A DNA stretch of 64,000 bases, taken from contig CAWAUV010000008.1 in the NCBI GenBank assembly GCA_963785305.1, positions 1,248,001-1,312,000 on the forward strand, written 5' to 3'. The notes under the pieces were generated by a model, which saw only the letters and a program-made list of their open reading frames with translations, was not told where the DNA came from and did not search any database. The position numbers and the translations under genes were made by a program. Positions 53,303-61,938 of the stretch are shown here, piece by piece. Source of the DNA: an uncultured Planctomycetaceae bacterium (GTDB lineage Bacteria > Planctomycetota > Planctomycetia > Pirellulales > PALSA-1355). The first letter of the stretch is position 1, and each line of letters starts with the position of its first letter.

Positions 53303-55682
53303 CCACTACCGCCGCATCAACCCAGAATCTTCAGAAGCCGCAACAGGCATCGGAACCGCCAGAGACTTTCCTAAGCTGCTACGAGATCATCAACCGCGAT
53401 GCTCTCCGGTGGGGAGTGAGGCTATACAAGATTCTCCGAGACGGTGGCGGGCAAACGCATGCCGACCGGGGCGATGCCAAGCAAGCCATTCGGTCGCTCC
53501 GAAAAAAGCACAAGGACCTGTGTCAGGGTTACGGCTTTGTGGTCGATGTCGATGAGGAAACAGTCGCAGTTCCCACAGGCTGGAATCTGCCGAGCGATGT
53601 GCGGGATGGTGAGTACATCATCAAATTCGATTGTGACTTTACCACGGACCCGACAAACCGGAGTCATCGAGCCGTTATCGCCGGCATTCTTCGGGAAGGG
53701 ATCAAGAAGCATTTCAAGGACAACCGTTCCGATGTTTTGGGCGAGTGGTGGCAGGATTACGATCGTTTCTGTCAAATGCCGGAGTACGGGAACGCCGCCG
53801 AAATCCATTTCTGCCGGAAATTCGGGGTGGCCTCCAAGGTGCTGATCGGCGATCGCTGGGTCATCCAACCGCTGATCTCGACAGCTACATTAGACGGCAG
53901 GACGTTTGCGGAGTATTTCCGCGACGGCGAAGTGGCCGCCCTGACTGAGATGATCGAAGCCAAGCAAAATAACCGGCTGAACCGTCAGAATCGTGCCACG
54001 GCCGTGCGCGTGTTCCGGGATGAAAGCACAGCTTTTCAAACCAAGGCAGGTGTGTTGGAGCTGGAAGAGCCAAATCTCCTCGTCGGAATTGCCTCTCTGT
54101 CGCGGCATGAGCAAGCCGAGAAATCTGGCGGGACGATTCGGTGCCGTGCGTTCAACAGCCCTCCCATTGATGTACCGCTACAGCAATTGCGCCTGATCCT
54201 CGACACGCAGATCACGCAAAGTGACCACTCGGAAACGATTCTTGATCCGGCGGATCGTCACCATCTTGCCGGCCTCCTACGGGATTTCGTCAACGGGGCC
54301 AAAGTCAACGGTGTGCAACTTCAATTGTCTGAAATGCCCGTTGATGCCGCGTCCCTTCCCGGCGAGATCGTTACCTTCCCCGCGCTGCGGGTTCGCGATG
54401 AAGGAGACAACGAGCAGGTACTCCCATCCCCTGAACCAGTCACCAAGGAAGCCCTGCGAAACCGGGGGCGGCAACGAACGGAAGCTTTGAAACGGTTCGG
54501 CTACCTACAGGGCAGGCCGATCAATCCGCTCCTTGCGTGGCCGAAGCGATTCGGGCAGGATCGCGCGAAGAGAATGGCGGATGACCTTAATCACCTGATG
54601 CAAAATGCTGGCATCGGCTTCCAGTTCAAATGGACGCTTTATGAAAACGCTGACGAACTTGGCCGTTTCGTTGGTAAACATGGTTACGACTCGATCCTGG
54701 CCGTTTTGCCGGAAGGCTGGAGGAAACCGCATCGCGATGACAGTACCCACGAGAAGATTAAACAGCGGATTGATGTGCCTTCGCAGTGCATCCAGTTCGA
54801 CCACACGCTGCCGGAAGCTTGGGTGAACCGTCCCCACAGGGAGATGGTTCAGCAAGACCAAAGGCTGGCGCGGCGCATTCAGCAACGTTACGAGCTTTGC
54901 CTATGGAATCTCCTCGCGAAGTTGCACTGGATTCCGTTCGCGCCGCTTGATGCCTTCAATTACAACGTCCACATCGGCCTGGATGTCGGCGGTCGGCACA
55001 ACAACCATGCGATGGCTTGCCTCGGCTATGGCTTTTCATCACCTAAAGACGGTCTGCTTTTCCGACCGGAAGAGATCCCCATCGACGTGCAGAAGGCGGA
55101 ACCGATACCGACCGAGTGCTTGACGCGGGGGCTGCTCCAGTTAATCGAGCAGGTACATATGGAACTCAGTGCAACTGGTGTGACTCCAGACTTTGAGCGC
55201 CTGCTTTTGTTCCGTGACGGAAAGCTGCAAGGCGACGGCGGCGACTGGAACGAGATTGACGCGGTTCGCGCTGTTCTCAATCAATTACGCGGCGCGGCTG
55301 GGTCAGTGATGGGGCCGTGTGGACGGCCGTGGAAGTCATGAAAAACGCCGAGGAATGGCGGATCATGAGCGGAAACGACGGGGTATCTAACCCACTTGTA
55401 GGGCAAAGCCTGTTCCCGTTCGACGATCAGTCAACGGCACTCGTCTGCACGACGGGCGTGCCGTACTTGCCACAAGGAACCGCTAGCCCGATAAAGATCA
55501 AAGTCATCGACATTGCCGGCAAAGCCGACCGTCGGCAGGTAGTGCGAGATCTGGTGTGGGAAGCGGATATGTGCTTCACGAAACCCGACATTGGCATGAG
55601 CTTGCCTTGGGTGCTGCATGTGTCGGATGTCGGTGCGCTTCAGTCGGCTCGCTCGTATCGAATCACGGGTATCACTCTGTAA
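53299..55682 (+). CDS. ago: Long prokaryotic Argonaute (MID-PIWI), about 794 aa once a one-base frameshift near 55291 is repaired
   Basis: MID: H484-x3-K488, SQ496CI, NLLAK541. PIWI: IGLD562VG, KAE601PI, FRD640G, then VEVMK, GTASP and LPWVLHVSD777 in the second frame. Confidence 0.88.
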
Positions 55683-56838
55683 TGTCGGCCAACAGGCGAC
55701 CGATAATCGCTCGTTCCCATTCTTCATACGCCGCCTCGGTTGACCGGCTGCGAGTCAGCCAAGCGGCGAGAATGACATCGGTGCCAAGTTCGAGTGGTTG
55801 CTCTTGTCTTTGCCTGTCTTCAAGAGCTGCGATTCGGGCGGGTGTGCAACACGGAAGGGATAGTGCCTCGCATGTCTGAATAGCTGCGGAGACGGCCCCA
55901 CTCAAGAGACGCGGGTCGCCACACGCGACATGCAGGTTCGTTCTTTCGTTCGACGGCGCAGTCGATGACCATCGGTCTAGCAAGCCCTGAATGGCCCCCG
56001 TGTAGTACGCCCATCCAAGCCGGCCAGCCGCGTCAATCAATGCCCTGGCACGGATTTCATAGGGCGGGTGGCTCTGCCCGAGTTGGTACGGATTCAAGTC
56101 ATCGGCCTCCATTACGTCCTGAAGGGCGGCGAGGTAAGCCGGGCCACTGAGCCATAGTGATATCACGTCAACGGCGATCTCATGCGCCCAGTTGTACTGA
56201 TCGGCAGTCGGTGTCCAGTATCTCCTCACTTGTTCGGCAGTGGCATCAGCAACCTGCTTCGCTGATCCGCGAATCCCAAGCGTTTGCCTTTGGATCGCTG
56301 CTAACACAGCGTTGAGTTCTTGGCCGAATGCCGAGATAAAAGTGTCGCCATCGCGGAACAAGATGTTGTGGCCAATCTCGTGGCAGATAAACGGATAATC
56401 AAGCAGGTCAATATCAGCAACGTTGTCGTCGCCCGGTAAATGGATCACGTTAATTGCATATGCAGTCTTGCCGTCGGATGAGGGCATGGAGACCGTCTGA
56501 TGTCCCCATGCTTGTGATGGTTTTGGCACCAACATTCCCGACACATAGGCAGTCCCTTGCGAATACTCTCCGGCCAAAGTGTGGATGAGCTGCGCATCAA
56601 AAATGAAGCGATCTTCAAAACTGCTGGGCAGGAATTCGAGAACCCTGGCGACATAGGTGGCGATTCGCTCGGCGTCTTCCGAAGAACTGCCGCCAGCCTC
56701 TACGGACCGCTGCACGTCTGAAATGATGTTGACGAGCATCTCGCCAATGGCTTTCAGCGGGGTATCAGCGAAGCGGCGTTGCACGTGGACCACCAGGTTT
56801 CCCAACTGATCCTGCTGGTTCCGATTACGCCGAGCCAA
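55672..56838 (-). CDS. HExxH zinc-metalloprotease-like protein (Lit/peptidase U49 or M48-like pattern)
   Basis: AAGGAG RBS with TTG start; CHEIGH, downstream HEIAVD, and SHPPYEIR; no signal peptide. Confidence 0.65.
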   Translation of the reverse strand: MARRNRNQQDQLGNLVVHVQRRFADTPLKAIGEMLVNIISDVQRSVEAGGSSSEDAERIATYVARVLEFLPSSFEDRFIFDAQLIHTLAGEYSQGTAYVSGMLVPKPSQAWGHQTVSMPSSDGKTAYAINVIHLPGDDNVADIDLLDYPFICHEIGHNILFRDGDTFISAFGQELNAVLAAIQRQTLGIRGSAKQVADATAEQVRRYWTPTADQYNWAHEIAVDVISLWLSGPAYLAALQDVMEADDLNPYQLGQSHPPYEIRARALIDAAGRLGWAYYTGAIQGLLDRWSSTAPSNERTNLHVACGDPRLLSGAVSAAIQTCEALSLPCCTPARIAALEDRQRQEQPLELGTDVILAAWLTRSRSTEAAYEEWERAIIGRLLADITE

Positions 56839-56886
56839 GGGATACTCCTTCGCAACCGCCTTTTGATCGTCCTCCGGAAAATATTA

Positions 56887-57111
56887 TCACGTTGCGCCCT
56901 TTTCCGCACCTGCCGCATATTCGACCAATTGGCAGAATTTGTTTACCAATCTCAACTGACCGATGGTCCTGCAAGGCGTTTCCAGAAGTTTTGGACTGGC
57001 GGCTACAACTGCCAGGCATTGGGCGCGAGACAATGCGACGTTGAGACGGTTCGCGCTGAACAGGAACTCGATGTCGCGGGGCAGGCATTCCGCATCCGAG
57101 GTAGCCATCGG
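56887..57111 (-). pseudogene. C-terminal fragment of an SF1 DNA2/NAM7-type helicase (resembles the tail of TM0106 RecB-nuclease-helicase proteins)
   Basis: PRDIEFLFSANRLNVALSRAQCLAVVAASPKLL (helicase motif VI); upstream part replaced by the repeat at 57112. Confidence 0.8.
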
Positions 57112-57159
57112 AGAAATCAAAGGGGTCAGAAATCAAAGGGGTCAGGACTCATTGATTTC
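57112..57159. repeat. 16-bp tandem duplication plus REP-like hairpin
   Basis: agaaatcaaaggggtc twice (57112-57127, 57128-57143); GAAATCAA-N15-TTGATTTC (57129-57159). Confidence 0.8.
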
Positions 57160-57301
57160 GGTGGCGGTTGTTGGTAGGCTGGCGGCCATGCCGCGACCAC
57201 CTGTCCCTCCCGAAAACCCCGTCGGAGGGGAATGGCGATGCCGAGTAGGGTTGATTTCGCGAGGTTGGTTTCGGCGAGGCTCAAGAGAAATCGCCGGCGT
57301 T

Positions 57302-57338
57302 GGAGTGAAAACGGGTCCGGAGGGTCTGTTTTCACTCC
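57302..57338. repeat. REP-like hairpin with 11-bp perfect arms and 15-nt GGGTCnGGA-containing loop
   Basis: ggagtgaaaac-gggtccggagggtct-gttttcactcc. Confidence 0.75.
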
Positions 57339-57419
57339 TGGCGCGCGACCTTCCCTTCGGCGTGATGGTCGTGGTTGAAAAGCATGGGGACGCGAGGCGG
57401 CGTCAGGCGGCGCGGGTGT

Positions 57420-58975
57420 GTAACTGTTAAGCCGTGGCGTGGCCTGGGCGCGGGGGGGCGGTGGCGATATTGGCGGGGATCGCGGGCGAGGGGTTTCCGG
57501 GGATGGGTCGCGTGGCGGATGTTTTAACTGCTATTGGTGATCGGCAGCGGCAGGGTCTTGCCTTGCAATTTAGTGCGCACGACTTCGATTCCATACCTTG
57601 CGAAGCTCAAACCGTTTTTCGCGCCGGTCGCGATCACGCTCTTGATTCGGGCGAACGCCGCCGCGCTCCATTCGGTCCGATGCGTGCCGCCATCATTTCT
57701 CGCCGCCGCCAGGCTTCGGATGTCGCGTTCGGTTCCGTTGTTGTCGGCCGGAACATTCGCATCGTCGAGGAAGGTGAACAATTCGTCGCAGTGCTTGAAC
57801 AGCCGGCGCCAGATTCGCAAACATTCGCGATGCCGCACGCGCGTCTCGAGCATCAACGTGTCGAAACGGTTTTGAATCTCGTGTCGGGCCGCGTTGAAAG
57901 CTTTTTTGCCGAGCGACTTGCGCTCGTGGCCCAACCGGATCGCGTCTTGAAACAGCGTGATCAACGGCTGGATGAAGGCCCGCACGCTCGCCGCCGGCAA
58001 CGTCTCGCGCAGCTTGTGCAACTCGCGAAGCAAATGGACCAAGCAGCGCTGTTTGCGGCAGTCGAGCCGGTTGTAGACCGCATAAAAATCGCTGACCAGC
58101 GTGCCCGCGAACGATGTGCCCAACGCTCGCTCGAGCACGGCCCGATTGCGATGACGATCGATCAGGAACAATGCCAAGCGCGTGTCTCGAAAACACCAGG
58201 CCCACGCGGGCAGTCCGTCGATCCGCCAACCGGTCTCATCGCCTTGCACGACCGGCGAATTGCGCAAGAGTTCCCAGAGTTTGTCGACCACCGGCTCGAA
58301 CAAAGCGCCGCCCCAACGCAAATGGCCGAGCAATCCGGCCCGGCTGGCCGAAAGGCCAAAGAAGTCTTTCAGCAAGTGTTGCGTTTTGCCGAGCGAGATG
58401 CCCAGGTGAACCCGCGCGTAGCAGACCAACAAACGCGCGCGTGGCCCGATGTGGGCGCCGGGCAGTTCCAAGTCGCCGCGTCCTTGGCAGGTGGCTTGGC
58501 AATGTTCGCAACGATAGGTATGACGGCGATACCGATGCCATTCGAGCTTGGGCTCTGGAATCTCCGCCATCTCATGGTCTTCGAACTCGCCAGTAGCGGT
58601 CAGATCGTGGCCCCCGCAATGCGGACACTCTCGCGGATGCACGTCATGTTCGATGAATACTATGTATTTCGATATGCGCTGGGCCGGGCGGCGGCTCTGG
58701 ACGAAAGCTGCCCGGATGTTTGCGAAACTGCTTGCGGCGGCGATCCTGTTCGCCACGCCGCGCATCGGCGGCCGAGCGGGTTTTCTTGCGCCGCTGCAAA
58801 AACTTTTGGACTTGCTGTTCGAGTTGCTCGACGCGTTTGCGCAGCGCCCCGTTCTCCGCCTGCAACCGGGCGATTTCCGCTTCCAACTCGGCGATCCGTC
58901 GATCTCGATCATCCATGATCCAATCAATGTGACCGAAAACCCAATTTCGGGAAAGAGGAAATGCTTAACAGTTAC
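57420..58975 (-). mobile_element. IS66-family insertion sequence, single-ORF (ISBst12-like) type, 1556 bp
   Basis: Perfect 13-bp terminal inverted repeats GTAACTGTTAAGC (57420-57432) and GCTTAACAGTTAC (58963-58975); no matching 8-bp target duplication. Confidence 0.9.
57524..58916 (-). CDS. IS66-family transposase (frameshift near 58660-58690)
   Basis: N-terminal coiled coil, CPHCG...CEHC, GDETGWR, LVSDFYAVY, QRCLVHLLR, DNNGTERDIR. Confidence 0.9.
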
Positions 58976-59335
58976 AAGAAGACGGTGCTCAAGATGGAGT
59001 TCAAGACATTCCGCAACGCTTTCATTCGGATGCCATGTCAAATCGTGCGTGGCGGGCGAAGATTGATCTATCGTTTGTTGGGTTGGAATCGCTGGCAAGT
59101 CGTGTTGTTTCGCTGGCTGGACGGCCTGCGATGTTGACGCCGATCGATTGAAGCCGGAGTCCGGACGCTCCGGTCCGCCGCCACGCCGAACCAGGAAAGC
59201 CAACCGCCAATGCCAAACAAAAACCCGCCGCCGAGAGTAGCGCGCCCGCCGGCGCCGCCAGCTCACGCCGCGCGCACCGCCGGCCACGCGAAACCGGCGC
59301 AAAACGTAACCGCGTACGCTTGTTTAAGGTCTAGG
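58976..59335 (+). mobile_element. 3' remnant of an IS1380-like element (transposase C-terminus 58976-59137 plus right end)
   Basis: Reads KKTVLKMEFKTFRNAFIRMPCQIVRGGRRLIYRLLGWNRWQ...LRC*; putative end gcttgtttaaggtctagg. Family call from memory. Confidence 0.7.
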
Positions 59336-59598
59336 CCACGCATCATCACTGTAAATCCGAACTTTTCACCGATTTTGCAAGGGATCGTGTAAGTCGTTTC
59401 CAGATGAGTTAGATTTGACGTCAAGAGGCTCACGCCTCCCGACGAGTTCTCATTAGCCGGTATGGACCCGACCGCCGTAGCGGTATATCTACCGTATTGG
59501 ATAATCGTTGCGGTCGGCTCTCCCGCATTTCCGAGAGTCGCCACCGCGATGATAGTAACGAGTGCGATCAAAGGTAATGATGACAAATGGAATTTCAT
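59331..59598 (-). pseudogene. Secreted protein (DUF3859-like) truncated by the IS remnant
   Basis: Signal peptide, YGRY, TIPCKIGEKFGF; the frame enters IS-derived sequence at the CTAG at 59331. Confidence 0.55.
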
Positions 59599-60148
59599 GC
59601 GAGCTTTTCTTCTCTTGGGCAATTTAGGGCGAGTTAGCGCTCAGCCCGTTTGAGTATTCTCTTCCTTCCGGCCCGCGCTAAAACGTCGGGCTCTGCTTTG
59701 CGCGGTTTCGCTCGCCGAGGCCAAGTTCGATCGCTGGAGCGATACTCGCTGTTAGCTGTTTTACGCCCGGAACGAGAAGCGTGGCAAGCCTCTCGGCGCC
59801 GCTAGGCATCATCTGTTTTCGCGTGTTGCACGTCGGCCACTCCGAGGATAATCGACAGCCAGTGCTGCATCGCGGGGCGGGCACGTCGACAGCCTGAGCC
59901 ATCGGACGTTTCTCCGTGTGCCGCTTGGCGTGCCGCTCGACGAGGCGACGGGTTGCCATCGCGGGTGACGGCGAATCGCGAAATCGGCGAATCGCGATCT
60001 TGAAGCTTTTATGCCGACTTTTCCCAAGATGCGCTGCCCGACCGCAACGCTGAAGACCGGGTAAAGCTGGCGCCGATGAATTCAACGAACCGTGAATTCA
60101 CGGACCATGAATCCCTTTCATCCCACGCCGAACGTTGCGAGGTTTCTC

Positions 60149-60625
60149 GTGCCGAAATTGATTCAAGTCGTGTACATGAGCGCGGCCACGCGGGAATTCG
60201 ACGCGATCGACTTGACGGTGCTTCTGGCCAAGGCGCGGATCAAAAACGAGCGGCTCGGCGTGTCGGGCATGCTCGTTTATCACGAGGGTTCGTTTCTTCA
60301 GGTTCTGGAAGGCGGTGAACGGGTCGTCGACACGCTCTATGCGCAAATCGTGGGCGATCCGCGCCATACTCAATGCGAGCTGCTCGTGCGGAGCTTCATC
60401 GACCAGCGGTGCTTCGGCGATTGGACGATGGGCTTCGTGAACACCCGGCTGTTCGGCGCCACATCGATGCCCGGCTTCAATAATTTCTTCGGGAAGCGAT
60501 TTTCCGACAAGACCTTCGTCCGCGAACCATCGCTCGCGCATAAACTGCTCCTCGGCTTTCGCGAAGGCCAGTGGCGGCAGACGGTCGAGACCGAAATGCA
60601 AAGCACGCTTGCGGCCTCGCGCTGA
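60149..60625 (+). CDS. BLUF-domain blue-light sensor protein
   Basis: YMSAA, ARIKNERLGVSGMLV, FLQVLEG, DPRH, FGDWTM; GAGG upstream of a GTG start. Confidence 0.9.
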   Translation: MPKLIQVVYMSAATREFDAIDLTVLLAKARIKNERLGVSGMLVYHEGSFLQVLEGGERVVDTLYAQIVGDPRHTQCELLVRSFIDQRCFGDWTMGFVNTRLFGATSMPGFNNFFGKRFSDKTFVREPSLAHKLLLGFREGQWRQTVETEMQSTLAASR

Positions 60626-60691
60626 TTGCTTCGTTGCGCCGGCCTAAGAACCGCCCGGCGCCTGCGCGTTCGACGCTCTTGTTCAATCCAT

Positions 60692-60720
60692 CGCATGCCC
60701 ACGACGAGCGTGGGCATGCG
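60692..60720. repeat. 12-bp perfect hairpin (REP-like or terminator) between convergent genes
   Basis: cgcatgcccacg-acgag-cgtgggcatgcg; a degenerate relative sits near 3262-3288. Confidence 0.6.
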
Positions 60721-60752
60721 CGCGGCGCGCGCACACGGCGCGGCGATCGGGG

Positions 60753-61921
60753 TTATTCGAAGAGCGGGCCCGACATGGCCACGGCGCAGGGAATCGCGAG
60801 CATCAGCGGCAGCCAAGCGGCGAGCGAGGGGTTGATGTAATACGAGCTGCCGAGCGATTGGCACGCGAGCACCATGAGCTCGAAGCCCAAGACGACCACG
60901 AGGCACATGCCGATCGCGCGAAACACATTGCGATTCTCGCCCGCCAGGATCAGCGGCAGGCCGAGAAACAAGAGCGTCATGTCGAGCAACGGCTGCACGG
61001 GTCGGGCATGAATCGCCACCCGCACATCGGCGCCGAAGCCCAGGCTCGGATTGCTCAGCCCGCGCCAGAGCTCGAGCCACGATGAATACTGCCGCCAACT
61101 CGCGCTGTCCTCGAGTTGCTCGAAGCTCACGTCGCTGGCCAGAAAACATTCGCCCGGCTTGAGCTCGGGCAGGTCGCGCGGGGTGTAGATCACGATGCGG
61201 TCGCCCAGCTTGAGCGAGGCCTTTTGGTCGATGTCCTTGGGCTGGGAGAGATTGACGAGGCGGTAGCCGCTGGGATGCGAGGCGGTCGCCGGCTCGAAGA
61301 AGGCGTCGTCGGCGGCAAGCTGCTTGCCGAATTCATCGAGCGTCGAGGGCAATAGAAAACTCGGCTTCACGATTCGCTGGCGATCGGCCACGAGGCTCTG
61401 TCCGCGAAAGAGCACATCGGTGCGATTGTCGTAGCGCGGCTTGAGTTCCGCGATTCCGAGCCACCGAGATTTTGGGCATTGTGGCTGAGCTCGTATTTGA
61501 ATCGCGGAATAATCAGCTCGCGATCGATCGCGGCCAAGAGCGACACCGTGGCCACGGCCAAGATCACCGGCCGCAGCACGCGCCGCTTGGAAACGCCGGC
61601 CGCTTGCAGGGCCGTGAGCTCGTTGTGCCGTTGAATCCAGGTGACGGTAAACATGGCGCTGATCAGCGTGAGAATGCCGCTCGTTTGATCGAAGAACCCG
61701 AGCGCTCGCGGGGCGTAGTATTCGCCAAGGATCCTAAACAGATTGCCGTGCTGCCCCTCGGAAGCGACGCTGTTGAGTCCGACATGGGTGCGGGCGAAGG
61801 TGATGAACTCCTCGAGGTTGTTGAACGAGTCGATCACGATATACAGTCCGGTCAGACTGCAAAAGAAGATCATGAACGCCTTGACGAACTGTCGGAGCAG
61901 ATAGCGGTCGATAAGCAGCAT
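60753..61921 (-). CDS. LptF/LptG-family LPS export permease (frameshift near 61450)
   Basis: MLLIDRYLLRQF, RHNELTALQAAGVS..R...P, LAAWLP. Confidence 0.88.
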
Positions 61922-61938
61922 GGGCTGGTTCGCCTGAT

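Larger units (their letters stand above)
52150..59600. mobile_element. Accessory, defence-like genomic island (approximate bounds)
   Basis: Visibly lower GC and loss of the host cg/tcga-rich style from about 52150; contains Argonaute, truncated genes and IS remnants. No integrase is visible in the window. Confidence 0.7.

Noticed and set aside
57112..57143. Tandem repeat as a CRISPR or guide array for the Argonaute
   Set aside because: Two adjacent 16-bp copies with no spacer.
58917..59302. 592-aa ORF start as the transposase N-terminus
   Set aside because: Extends beyond the IS66 terminal repeat; the real N-terminus is the coiled-coil ORF starting at 58916.
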